Source: Erysipelotrichales bacterium (GTDB lineage: Bacteria > Bacillota_I > Bacilli_A > Acholeplasmatales > WRBM01). From it: a stretch of DNA of 64,000 nt. Positions 1 to 9,636 of the stretch are shown one piece after another; within the stretch, counting starts at the first letter, position 1; each line of letters starts with the position of its first letter. A program made the translations under genes and the position numbers. The DNA lies in assembly GCA_009784525.1 (NCBI GenBank), contig WRBM01000007.1, forward strand, positions 2,616 to 66,615, written 5' to 3'. The notes under the pieces are model-generated. The model was not told the origin of the DNA. It worked only from the letters and a program-made list of their open reading frames with translations, and did not search any database.

Positions 1-352
1 TATGGAAATGATTCTTAACAACGGAAAATTTAAAAATCAAACTTATTTCAGTAAACCAGTAATTGATTTACTATTCACTTCGCAAATAGAAGAGCCTAAT
101 CACTTAAGTAAAAGAACTTCTAAACGTGGTTTGGGGTGGATTTTACAGGGAAGGTATTCACCTAGTGGTGATCTTGCAAGTGCGAATACGATTATGCATA
201 CTGGCTTTACTGGTACACATCTTTTTATCGATAAAGACAATCAAATAGCTTTTTGCCTTTTAAGTAATAGAGTGCATCCAAGCAGAGATAATAATAAAAT
301 TATTGCCTGGCGGGCAAAGGTTGGGAATTATATAATTGGTCAAATGGCATAA
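1..352 (+). CDS. Serine hydrolase / beta-lactamase family, C-terminal part (5' truncated by window)
   Basis: GLGW...HTGFTGT...LLSNRVHP is the typical C-terminus of class C-like serine hydrolases. Confidence 0.8.
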   Translation, partial: MEMILNNGKFKNQTYFSKPVIDLLFTSQIEEPNHLSKRTSKRGLGWILQGRYSPSGDLASANTIMHTGFTGTHLFIDKDNQIAFCLLSNRVHPSRDNNKIIAWRAKVGNYIIGQMA

Positions 353-374
353 TCATTAATTTAAGGAGTATGGC

Positions 375-899
375 ATGAGAAAAAAAGATATATTAGGTAA
401 ACTTGCTAAAAATCCTGAAATGATTTTTACGCATTCTATAAAGAAATTAAATAACGATGAATATTCCGCTTTTATTCACTTTTTGACAAATTCTAAAGCT
501 ATGTTTGTTGAATCGATGGGAAAACAAGTTCAATGGGCAGGCGCTGAATATAAAATTTTGACTTACTTGTCGATAAAAGAGAAGTGGAGTTTATCGACAT
601 ATTATGCGCCTGATAATGAAATACTATTTTGGTATTTCGATATAAGCAAAAAGAATTTCGTTGATGAACAAGGAATGCCTTGTATTGATGATATTTATTT
701 AGACTTAGCAGTGCTTCCTAATGGGCAAATCATTACTCTGGACGCTGATGAATTAAAAGAGGCCTTAGATAATGGCACTGTTTCAAAAAAAGACTTCAAT
801 AATGCTTATATTACGCATGATCTTATTATCAATAGTAAATTGGTAGAAGTGAAATTTCTAAAAGAATTAAGTTCCAAAATGCGTCTTAACTATGAATAA
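375..899 (+). CDS. DUF402 family protein
   Basis: WYFDI...DIYLDL..LPNG...LDADEL motif; RBS aaggag. Confidence 0.8.
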   Translation: MRKKDILGKLAKNPEMIFTHSIKKLNNDEYSAFIHFLTNSKAMFVESMGKQVQWAGAEYKILTYLSIKEKWSLSTYYAPDNEILFWYFDISKKNFVDEQGMPCIDDIYLDLAVLPNGQIITLDADELKEALDNGTVSKKDFNNAYITHDLIINSKLVEVKFLKELSSKMRLNYE

Positions 900-966
900 T
901 TTCCAATATAAAAGAATAGGTGAGCCATCTTAAATAAGGGCTTACCTATTCTATTTTCTAGATATT

Positions 967-1866
967 TTATTTATTTAGATATTCCATAAGCTTTTTAATA
1001 GCTACTGCGCCTTCAACTTGTCCTTCATCATATAGCTCAAGTAGTTTATCTATGTTTCTTGTTGTCCGATCAACGCTTAATGGTTTTAAAGGTCTTATTA
1101 TTAAGGCCTTATTTTCGCGTTCAAGATTTTCACATAAAGCTAATTGTCTATTGTATATATCGTGTCTTTTTATAATAGCCTCAACTAAAGCCGGATATTT
1201 TCTATACATTAGTTTGATCAATCTTTTTTGCTTGAAAGCAGTTTTAATATAACCCTGATTTTGAGTTAAGACAATTACATGAAAAGTATTGCCGTCAGCA
1301 ATTGATTTTTCAATCGGAATCGGATCACTAATGCCTCCATCAAGTAACTTCAAGCCATTATACTCCACAATTCTTGCGACAATGGGAACAGAACAAGACG
1401 CTCTTGTGGCTTGAAAATTATCACCAAGTTCATCTTTTTCAAACCAGACTGTTGAACCTGTCTGACAATTAATCGCGCCAGTCAGTAGTTTTATATCAGT
1501 TTCTTCAAAAACTTCCTGATCCCAAAAAAGATGTTTTTTAGGAACTGTTTTAAAAATAAAATCATAACCAAATAAGGAACGATGCTTTATTAAGTTTCTT
1601 TTACTGACGTAGCGATGATTGCCAACATAATGCTCAACAATCGTCCGGTTTCTGCCCTTTTGACCAGAAACATACGAAAGAGCGTTGGCAGTACCTGCAG
1701 AAACACCTATAATATAAGGAAACATGATGCCTTCTTCCATAAAGGCATCAAGAACTCCAGAACTATAAAAGCCACGAGTTCCACCACCTTCTAAAATTAA
1801 GGCAGTACCTTTTGGTAACATTTTAGTGTGTTTTGTGCCTTTAACTATTGGCTGTGAGAATTTCAT
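967..1866 (-). CDS. Patatin-like phospholipase
   Basis: EGGGTRG, GVSAG, DGG motifs; start moved to ATG 1866 after RBS aaggagg. Confidence 0.9.
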   Translation of the reverse strand: MKFSQPIVKGTKHTKMLPKGTALILEGGGTRGFYSSGVLDAFMEEGIMFPYIIGVSAGTANALSYVSGQKGRNRTIVEHYVGNHRYVSKRNLIKHRSLFGYDFIFKTVPKKHLFWDQEVFEETDIKLLTGAINCQTGSTVWFEKDELGDNFQATRASCSVPIVARIVEYNGLKLLDGGISDPIPIEKSIADGNTFHVIVLTQNQGYIKTAFKQKRLIKLMYRKYPALVEAIIKRHDIYNRQLALCENLERENKALIIRPLKPLSVDRTTRNIDKLLELYDEGQVEGAVAIKKLMEYLNK

Positions 1867-2166
1867 CAATGTTTCCTCCTTTGAAATTTTCAGATTAAAA
1901 TAATTATACCGCAGCTGACTTGAAAAAGCAAGCATTGTAATTTAAATCTATAAATATAATTTCTGACAGTAAATTAAAGAATGAAGAAGTATTAATGGTT
2001 ATTCAATTAAGTTAAAGTTGATTTTTTGAAAAAATAGTTTATTTCAATAAGAACACATTTATTCCTTAGGAAAAAGTGTAATTTATCTTTACAAGCATGA
2101 CAAAGCAAAAAGTCTAGACGTTTTTCCAAAAAAATACTGAGTCTTTTTGAAAGCTCAGTATTTGTA

Positions 2167-2370
2167 TTAATTATTCTTTTCTTCAAATGATGTCTTTTTT
2201 CTTTTTTTAACACACTCTGATAAAAGATATTCAATCTGACCATTAATTGATCGAAAATCAGCCTCAGCCCAGGCTACTAAATCCGACCAAAGTGTTTCTG
2301 AAAGTCTAAGAAGAAGTTGCTTTTTGTTATTGTTGTTTTCTGGAATCGGAAGTTTCTTATCCAGTGCCAT
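2167..2370 (-). CDS. Arc/ribbon-helix-helix small DNA-binding protein
   Basis: KKQLLLRL...WAEADFRSINGQIEYLL, the usual partner downstream of SPFH genes. Confidence 0.8.
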   Translation of the reverse strand: MALDKKLPIPENNNNKKQLLLRLSETLWSDLVAWAEADFRSINGQIEYLLSECVKKRKKTSFEEKNN

Positions 2371-2372
2371 AA

Positions 2373-3374
2373 TTAATAAAGTGTACCGCTATTAACTACA
2401 GGCTGAGCATCTTTATTTCCGCAAAGTACAACTAATAGATTACTGACCATTTGCGCTTTACGTTCTTCATCTAGTTGAACAAAACCGCCTTCTTTTAGCT
2501 TAGATATAGCCATTTCCACCATTCCAACAGCACCTTCAACAATCATTTGCTTAGCATCAATTATCGCTGAAGCTTGTTGTCTCTGAAGCATTACTGCAGC
2601 TATTTCCTGAGCATAAGATAGGTGAGTAATTTTAGCTTCAAGGATTTCTAAGCCAGCAACTTCAACTTTAGCTTGAATCTCTTCTTTTAAGCGGTCCGCA
2701 ACTTCTTGACTTGAGCCTCTTAATGATTTTTCGTTATCATCACTGCTAGAAGTATCGTATGGGTATAATCTCACAACATTTCTTAAAGCTGAGTCGCACT
2801 GAGTAGAAAGATACTCTTTAAAGTTATCGACATTAAAGACAGCTTTTGCAGTATCAACGATTTGCCAAATAACAACGATTCCGATTATAATTGGATTTCC
2901 TAACTGATCATTGATTTTTTGTCTGTCATTACTTAAAGTCATGGCTTTAAGTGAAAGCCTTTTGTTCGTTAACATTGAAGAAGCAACACTTGCAATAGAT
3001 GGTGCTTGATTCGCATCAGGATTAAGAATCGAAGGAGTTTCTTGAAGTACAGTATTAACAGGTCTTGCGAAAGGGTTTACGAAAAAGAAACCATTGCCTT
3101 GTAAAGTTCCATGATAATTACCGAAAAGTGTTAAAACTAATGCTTCATTGGGTTTTAAGATTCTAAGGCCTGCTGATAGAAAGCAACTAATAATAAACGA
3201 AAGTAAGCATGCGCCAAATAGAACTCCAGCAAGTACAAATGACTCTTCAACTATAAACCAAATGCCGAAACCGATTGCGGCAAGTGAGGCTATAAATAAA
3301 ATAATTGTGATAATAAGCATTATCATTCCGCTCATTGGCTTTAAAATTTTTTCTTTAGTAATATAATTTGTCAT
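2373..3374 (-). CDS. SPFH (band 7) membrane protein
   Basis: Two N-terminal TM helices, LFGNYHGT, HLSYAQEIAAVMLQRQQA, MVSNLLVVLC. Confidence 0.9.
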   Translation of the reverse strand: MTNYITKEKILKPMSGMIMLIITIILFIASLAAIGFGIWFIVEESFVLAGVLFGACLLSFIISCFLSAGLRILKPNEALVLTLFGNYHGTLQGNGFFFVNPFARPVNTVLQETPSILNPDANQAPSIASVASSMLTNKRLSLKAMTLSNDRQKINDQLGNPIIIGIVVIWQIVDTAKAVFNVDNFKEYLSTQCDSALRNVVRLYPYDTSSSDDNEKSLRGSSQEVADRLKEEIQAKVEVAGLEILEAKITHLSYAQEIAAVMLQRQQASAIIDAKQMIVEGAVGMVEMAISKLKEGGFVQLDEERKAQMVSNLLVVLCGNKDAQPVVNSGTLY

Positions 3375-3392
3375 TTTTATTTTCTCCGTTTC

Positions 3393-3445
3393 TGATATTG
3401 TTTTGATATCATTAATATATTACCACAATATCAAAAATGTGTCAA
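3393..3445 (-). promoter_or_regulatory. Sigma-A promoter of SPFH-RHH operon with TGATAT boxes
   Basis: TTGACA (3440-3445)-17-TAATAT (3417-3422) on minus strand; TGATATTG/CAATATCA inverted pair plus TGATATCA palindrome. Confidence 0.55.
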
Positions 3446-3513
3446 TAAGAAAATGTTAAAATTGTTTTTATTAACAAAAAATGATATAATATTCATAATA
3501 AGGAAAATGATAT

Positions 3514-4356
3514 ATGGAAACACTTGTATTAATTGATGGGCATAATTTGCTTTTCAAAATGTTCTTTGGTATGCCTTCGACGATTAAGAATCAAAATGGG
3601 AAATGCATTCATGCTGTATTAGGTTTTACTTCGGCAGTTCTAAAAATAATTCGGGCTTTAGAAGCAAATTATATTTTAATTGTTTTTGATTCAGAAGAAA
3701 GCTCAGATCGCAATTTAATTAATCCGGCATATAAACAAAACAGAGTTGATTATAGTTTGGTCTGTGAAGATGAAAACCCTTTTTCTCAGTATCCAGAAAT
3801 AATTTCGGTTTTAAAATATTTAAAACTACCTTTTTTTGAAGCAAGAGGTGTAGAGGCTGATGATGTTATCTGTGATTATACAGGAATAAAAAATCTAAAA
3901 AAGATAATTGTTTCTAATGATTCTGATTTTTTACAGTTAGTAAATGCAGATACAGTTCTATATAAGTATAACGGCGATGCTTCCATGTTTTTTAATGAAG
4001 AAAAAGTAAAAGAAAAATATTTGATTTCGCCTTGCTTTTTTGCGGATTTTAAAGCTTTGTGTGGCGATGCTTCAGATAATGTCAAAGGTGTTCCGAAAGT
4101 TGGCAAAGTGACGGCCGCAAAATTAATTAATGAATTTGGTGGAGTAATGGATATTATCAAAAATGCTGATAATATAAAAAGTCAAACACTTAAAGAAGCT
4201 ATCAAGGAACATCAGGAACTAATCTTGAATAATTTAAAGGTAGTTCGATTAGAAGCAAAAGATGCAAGACCTTTTTTGGTTGAAGAATTAGCATTTAATC
4301 CAATCATTAAAGGATTAAGAGCGACAGATATCTTAAAGACTTTAAAAATATTTTAG
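3514..4356 (+). CDS. Stand-alone 5'-3' exonuclease / flap endonuclease
   Basis: LIDGHNLL, YKQNR, EADD, SNDSDFLQL, GDASDNVKGVPKVG helix-hairpin-helix. Confidence 0.9.
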   Translation: METLVLIDGHNLLFKMFFGMPSTIKNQNGKCIHAVLGFTSAVLKIIRALEANYILIVFDSEESSDRNLINPAYKQNRVDYSLVCEDENPFSQYPEIISVLKYLKLPFFEARGVEADDVICDYTGIKNLKKIIVSNDSDFLQLVNADTVLYKYNGDASMFFNEEKVKEKYLISPCFFADFKALCGDASDNVKGVPKVGKVTAAKLINEFGGVMDIIKNADNIKSQTLKEAIKEHQELILNNLKVVRLEAKDARPFLVEELAFNPIIKGLRATDILKTLKIF

Positions 4357-4367
4357 GAAGTGACATT

Positions 4368-5252
4368 TTGAAGAATAAGTTTGTTAGAAAATATGTTAAC
4401 ATCGTTTTTGGTGTTTTCTTAGTAGCGTTGGGTTTTACAATTTTTCTAGTTCCGCATAATTTGGTGATTGGCGGTGTCAGTGGCCTAGGAATTATACTTG
4501 GTAATTTTTGGGACTTTAATTTAGCTTTGATTCTATTAGCGGTAAATATACTACTTTTATTTATAGCACTGATCTTTATGGGAAAGAAGTTTTTTCTAAA
4601 TACCATTTTAGGTGCACTTTTGTTTCCTTGTTTTACTTTTTTGATTAACTTATCGGAAATAGTTTATCATCTGCAGGTCGAAGATTTACTATTAAGCATT
4701 ATTTCAAGTTCTGTTATAATGGGTATTGGTTTAGGGTTAGCTTTAAAAGAAGGGGCAAACACTGGTGGAACAGACGTTTTACAAGCAGTTATTTTTAAAT
4801 ATTTTCACATTCCTTTTTCCAAAAGCCTTTATTTGATTGATGGAATAGTAATTGTTCTTGGTGTAATAGTTTTCAATGATTTTCAAATTGGTCTTTATGC
4901 GATTATCTTTTTGATTATTTGTGGCAAAGTAATTGATGCGGTTGTTTTCGGTGGCTTTAATAAAAGAGCAACTTATATTATCAGCGAAGCTAAAGATGAA
5001 ATAAAAACGCAAATCTTTCGAGTGCTTAGTCGTGGTGTAAGTGAAATGCCTATTAAGGGTGGCTACCAACAAGAAAGTCGGACGATGCTTTTATGTGTTT
5101 TATCAACGCGCGAGTATTTTGTTTTAAGGAGCATTGTCGAAAAAATTGATCCAAAAGCTTTTTTATTTGTGACAAAAGCAACAGAAGTTCGTGGTCTAGG
5201 ATTTAGTTTTGACGAGCAGATCCTGCCGATCATTGAAAACAACAAGCCGTAA
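4368..5252 (+). CDS. YitT family membrane protein
   Basis: GGVSGLG, GANTGGTD, C-terminal IDPKAF..V.GxGF. Confidence 0.9.
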   Translation: MKNKFVRKYVNIVFGVFLVALGFTIFLVPHNLVIGGVSGLGIILGNFWDFNLALILLAVNILLLFIALIFMGKKFFLNTILGALLFPCFTFLINLSEIVYHLQVEDLLLSIISSSVIMGIGLGLALKEGANTGGTDVLQAVIFKYFHIPFSKSLYLIDGIVIVLGVIVFNDFQIGLYAIIFLIICGKVIDAVVFGGFNKRATYIISEAKDEIKTQIFRVLSRGVSEMPIKGGYQQESRTMLLCVLSTREYFVLRSIVEKIDPKAFLFVTKATEVRGLGFSFDEQILPIIENNKP

Positions 5253-5302
5253 TTTGGCTCTGATAAAAGCTAAAACAAAATTTATTAGTAAGGAGAATAG
5301 AA

Positions 5303-5716
5303 ATGTCTGGCAACATAAAAATTAAACAATATGACGACAACAGAGATGATAAAGCAGTGTTTGCCCTAATGCGTTTAGAAGCAGACTGGGGAGGTTATTG
5401 CGACTCTGTTAATGTTGAAAACTATAAGATTGCTTTAAAAGAAAGTCTAACATATGTTCTTTATAATGACAATATTCTTTGTGGATTTATTAGAGTTCGT
5501 GATGATTTTGGTTTTGCGGTTTATATTCATGATTTGCTTGTCGGAAAAATGTATCGCGGTAATAGTTATGGTAAAATGCTAATTGAGCATGTTGCGGACA
5601 ACTTCTTAAATAGTACTGTTTATGTTATGTCTGATGTTGATGATTATTATCATAAACAAGGTTATAAAACGATCGAAGGGCGCATAATTATCGTAAGAGA
5701 GAAATCATCATGCTAA
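5303..5716 (+). CDS. GNAT family acetyltransferase
   Basis: YRGNSYGKMLI acetyl-CoA motif, YYHKQGY. Confidence 0.8.
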   Translation: MSGNIKIKQYDDNRDDKAVFALMRLEADWGGYCDSVNVENYKIALKESLTYVLYNDNILCGFIRVRDDFGFAVYIHDLLVGKMYRGNSYGKMLIEHVADNFLNSTVYVMSDVDDYYHKQGYKTIEGRIIIVREKSSC

Positions 5717-6111
5717 AAGAATACAGTTTAAAGACGGATAAAGAAGGACTCTATGATATTACCTCTAAAGTTTTTGAGGCAGTAAAAGAAAGTGATATTA
5801 AACAAGGCATTGTTGTTTGTTATAATGTTCATACGACTGCTGGGATAACTGTTAACGAAAACTGTGACGATGATGTTAAAGGAGATATCCTTTTAGGACT
5901 TTCTAAAGCTTTTCCAGATAGATTAGAATTTAAACATGGCGAAGGCAATTCTTGTGCTCATCTGAAAGCTAGTTGTGTTGGGGCGAGTCAGACATTTATA
6001 ATTGCAAATGGAAAAATACTGCTTGGAACCTGGCAGGGAATTTATTTTTGTGAGTTTGATGGTCCAAGACAAAGACGTTTTTATGTTAAAGTTATAGCTG
6101 ATAAAAATTAA
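5710..6111 (+). CDS. yjbQ: YjbQ/UPF0047 family protein
   Basis: HTTAGITVNEN, H.EGNS.AHLKAS, LGTWQGIYFCEFDGPR. Confidence 0.9.
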   Translation: MLKEYSLKTDKEGLYDITSKVFEAVKESDIKQGIVVCYNVHTTAGITVNENCDDDVKGDILLGLSKAFPDRLEFKHGEGNSCAHLKASCVGASQTFIIANGKILLGTWQGIYFCEFDGPRQRRFYVKVIADKN

Positions 6112-6115
6112 CCAT

Positions 6116-6144
6116 GTCCGCAGGTAAAAGCCTGTGGACTTTTT
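6116..6144 (+). terminator. Intrinsic terminator
   Basis: gtccgcagg/cctgtggac hairpin followed by T tract. Confidence 0.7.
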
Positions 6145-6227
6145 AAGCTCTTTAGACGAAGTTAATGTCGTCATCCTGAGCCTTTAAGCGGAAATATCGA
6201 AATTTGTCGAAAAAGCTCAATATCTTA

Positions 6228-6257
6228 TTGACAAATCGGAGAAACGTATGTTATAAT
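6228..6257 (+). promoter_or_regulatory. Sigma-A promoter with extended -10
   Basis: TTGACA-18-TATAAT preceded by TGn. Confidence 0.7.
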
Positions 6258-6349
6258 GATAGCGTTTCCATTGATTTATGCATATATTATATTTTGGAGG
6301 AATAATTTTGCATAAACAATGCTCGAATCAAATAAGAAAGGAAGAGAAG

Positions 6350-9300
6350 ATGAAAAAGTGTAAAATCGGAATGCTGATCGTTTCAGTTATTCTAAGTGTG
6401 GCCGTGCTGATTGGTTGTCAAGGCGGCACAACAACAAAGGAGCCAATACCAAATGAATATACAATAACCTATGTTTTAAATGGTGGAACAAATCATGAAA
6501 ATAATCCGACAACATTTACAGAAAGTAATTTGCCACTTACAATTCAGGCGGCATCGAGAGACGGCTATGAATTTAAAGGTTGGTTTACAAATGCTAATTT
6601 CACTGGGGGTATTGTTACACAGATAACACAAGTTGGTAATGTAAGGCTGTATGCCCAGTGGCAACCGTTAGTAAAAACTTATACGATTAGCTATAGTTTA
6701 AATGGTGGGACAAACCATGCGGCTAACCCAACAACTTTTACAGAAAGCGCATTGCCATTAACTCTTAATCCCGCAACAAAAGCAGGTCATAACTTTTTAG
6801 GGTGGTTTACAAATGCTAACTTTACTGGAGCAGCGATTACTCAAATTACAGAAACTGGTAATATTACCTTATATGCTCAATTTGAAGCAATCGAGTACAC
6901 AATTTCTTATGAGTTAAATGGTGGAATAAATCATGAAAATAATCCTAGCTCATTTGTTATAACTGCTTTACCAGTTCAATTATATCCTGCTTCAAAGACT
7001 GGATACACTTTTATGGGCTGGTTTCTTAATCCAGAATTAGAAGGAACTCCTATAACTGAATTAAGAGATATTGCCAGAGACGTCAAATTATATGCTAGCT
7101 TTGAAATGCCGATAGCGATAACTTATCACCTTGATGGTGGAACTAATCATGCGGATAATCCAGAGGTTTTATACCAATCGCAATTACCGTTTACGCTTTT
7201 AAATCCTACTAGAAATGGCTATGAATTCCTTGGTTGGTTTAGAACAGCTGACTTCCAAGATGAAGCAGTAACAGTATTAAGAGCAGATGATAAAGGTTTT
7301 GAGCTATTTGCTCAATGGGCAGAGATTGTTGATTATACTATAACTTATCACCTTGATGGTGGAATAAATCATGCTAAGAATCCAGAGATTTATAATAGGA
7401 CAATGTTACCTTTAGTTTTAGAAATGCCAACAAAAGAAGGTTATATTTTCCTTGGTTGGTTCAATAATCCAGAATTTACAGGTGAATTAATTCAATCTTT
7501 ACAAAAAGGACAAACTGGGGATCTTAATCTTTATGCAAAATGGGAAGCAGAACCAACTTTTGATGTGAATTTTGAACTTAATGGCGGAGTTTTCGGTTTT
7601 TTAAGTCCAGAGGATTTATTTACAGAGTTCTTAACTGATCTTCATGGATTTTTAACTAATCGTAACTTTCCAGGATTAACACCAGACCTTAAAACCTTTA
7701 TGCATGGCGAAGGTAATACTTCTGGTTTCTTAGGAACTTTTACAAATGGCACTAATCAAGTATTAGGACCTGTTATGCAAGTATTGTTTGTCACTGGTAA
7801 CCGTGATTTTAATCCTAGTTTAGGAAATGCAGAAGCTTTCTTCATCTATCATCCTACGTATCGGGAAAGATGGTTGCCATTTTTTGATCAGCTTGATTTA
7901 TATATGCGAGCGGTAAATGCAACACAGTCTTTGTGGACTGACTCGTTTGCAGCACCAATTAGAATTATGGACTGGATTTTAAATATTAGAGCAGCGCATC
8001 CAAACACTAATTTCATGCCAGCAGGACCTGAGATTCCAGAAACATTCAGAACAAAACATTTTCCTTTTACGATTCCGGTTCCTAGAAGACTAGGTTATGA
8101 ATTTGACGGATGGTTTACAAGTTCTGACTTTAGCGGTGAAGCTGTTACGATATTAACAGAAGCTAAAGATATAAGTCTTTATGCAAAGTGGGTGCCTATT
8201 CCTGACGTTTACACGATTACTTATGTATTAAACGGTGGAACAAATCATGCTAATAATCCATATATTCTGCACGCAAATGATTTGCCTATTAAGATTTATC
8301 CAGCTGAAAAAGTAGGATATCTCTTCATTGGTTGGTTTGATAATCCAGATTTTACAGGAGCAGCAATTGAAGAAATAACAGAAAGAGGCAGCCTCATCCT
8401 TTATGCTAATTTCGAATCACAAGCGCTTCATACAATTACTTATGAGCTAAATGGTGGGATAAATCACGCCAATAATCCAAGTACTTTCTTTGGTAGTGAT
8501 TTACCGATTCAATTACAACCAGCAACTAAAGTTGGTTATACATTCCTTGGTTGGTTTGATAACCCGGATTTTACGGGAGTAGCAATTAAAGAAATAACTC
8601 AGGCAGGCGATATTACGTTATATGCTAGTTTTGAAATAGAGAGAGAATATCAAATAACTTATGTTTTAAATGATGGCCAAAACAGTAGTAATAACCCAAA
8701 TACTTTTGTTGGCAGTAAATTGCCGATTCAATTGTATCCGGCAGAAAAAGCGGGTTATATTTTCTTAGGTTGGTTCACAACCTCTGATTTTAGTGGCGAA
8801 GCTATAAATTCCATAACAGCAACAGGAGATATCACGTTATATGCTTCGTTTAAAGTAATTCCTTCTGATCATATTACTTATGTTTTAAATGGTGGAACGT
8901 GGAATCATCATACAATGAACCAATTAATGACGGATTTCTTGACAGACCTCCACACTTTTATGAGAGCGAATGGCCATACGGTTATTGCTGATTTACAAAT
9001 CTTTATTCATGGTGCGGCAGAAGCTAACGAATTTAGAGGCACATGGCAGACAGGCGGCTTAACAGGTGTAATTGGTGGATTACATGCAGATGTTGCGAAT
9101 GCCTTATGGATTGGTGCACTAAGAGACGGTACTGATCAAACAAGATTCTTCTATAATGATGAAATGCGGGCTAAATGGTTAGGTTTTGGTGATAAATTAG
9201 AAGCATTCACGCGTGCTGTTAACTCAGATCAAGGATTTTGGGGGAATGCTTGGCTTGCGGGAGTCAGATTTCCACAATTTGTAGTCAATCATTTTAAAAC

Positions 9301-9517
9301 TCAGTGGCAAGCGGTTGATAGTTATAATTTTTTTCCAGAAATGAGTAATTTAAATCCAATTGTTCTTGAAGGGGGCGTTACCTCTTTACAAACTCCATGG
9401 CATAAAGAATATACTTTTATCGGTTGGTATACGACAGCTGACTTCCAAGAAGGAACAAAAATGACATCAATTCCAGCTGGATCAACAAATGTAACTTTAT
9501 TTGCTAGATGGGCTTAA
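6350..9517 (+). CDS. InlB B-repeat (Listeria-Bacteroides repeat) surface lipoprotein, 10 repeats
   Basis: Signal peptide with lipobox LIGC; ten ITYxLNGG...GYxFxGWF...LYAxW/F repeats; start moved to 6350 after RBS. Confidence 0.9.
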   Translation: MKKCKIGMLIVSVILSVAVLIGCQGGTTTKEPIPNEYTITYVLNGGTNHENNPTTFTESNLPLTIQAASRDGYEFKGWFTNANFTGGIVTQITQVGNVRLYAQWQPLVKTYTISYSLNGGTNHAANPTTFTESALPLTLNPATKAGHNFLGWFTNANFTGAAITQITETGNITLYAQFEAIEYTISYELNGGINHENNPSSFVITALPVQLYPASKTGYTFMGWFLNPELEGTPITELRDIARDVKLYASFEMPIAITYHLDGGTNHADNPEVLYQSQLPFTLLNPTRNGYEFLGWFRTADFQDEAVTVLRADDKGFELFAQWAEIVDYTITYHLDGGINHAKNPEIYNRTMLPLVLEMPTKEGYIFLGWFNNPEFTGELIQSLQKGQTGDLNLYAKWEAEPTFDVNFELNGGVFGFLSPEDLFTEFLTDLHGFLTNRNFPGLTPDLKTFMHGEGNTSGFLGTFTNGTNQVLGPVMQVLFVTGNRDFNPSLGNAEAFFIYHPTYRERWLPFFDQLDLYMRAVNATQSLWTDSFAAPIRIMDWILNIRAAHPNTNFMPAGPEIPETFRTKHFPFTIPVPRRLGYEFDGWFTSSDFSGEAVTILTEAKDISLYAKWVPIPDVYTITYVLNGGTNHANNPYILHANDLPIKIYPAEKVGYLFIGWFDNPDFTGAAIEEITERGSLILYANFESQALHTITYELNGGINHANNPSTFFGSDLPIQLQPATKVGYTFLGWFDNPDFTGVAIKEITQAGDITLYASFEIEREYQITYVLNDGQNSSNNPNTFVGSKLPIQLYPAEKAGYIFLGWFTTSDFSGEAINSITATGDITLYASFKVIPSDHITYVLNGGTWNHHTMNQLMTDFLTDLHTFMRANGHTVIADLQIFIHGAAEANEFRGTWQTGGLTGVIGGLHADVANALWIGALRDGTDQTRFFYNDEMRAKWLGFGDKLEAFTRAVNSDQGFWGNAWLAGVRFPQFVVNHFKTQWQAVDSYNFFPEMSNLNPIVLEGGVTSLQTPWHKEYTFIGWYTTADFQEGTKMTSIPAGSTNVTLFARWA

Positions 9518-9636
9518 AATACTAATAAATCGAAAGAGCAAGGCTCCAAAGTGGAAGTCCTGCTTTTTTCTTTGTTGGCGCCACTTGAAAAAAAGTTTAA
9601 AATATTATATAATTTATTAGATGAGGTTTTAATAGT

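Noticed and set aside
2007-2243. 78-aa minus-strand ORF
   Set aside because: Overlaps the RHH gene out of frame; no RBS or recognisable motif
6167-6199. REP-like gtcatcctgagc motif
   Set aside because: Single degenerate copy without a complete palindrome
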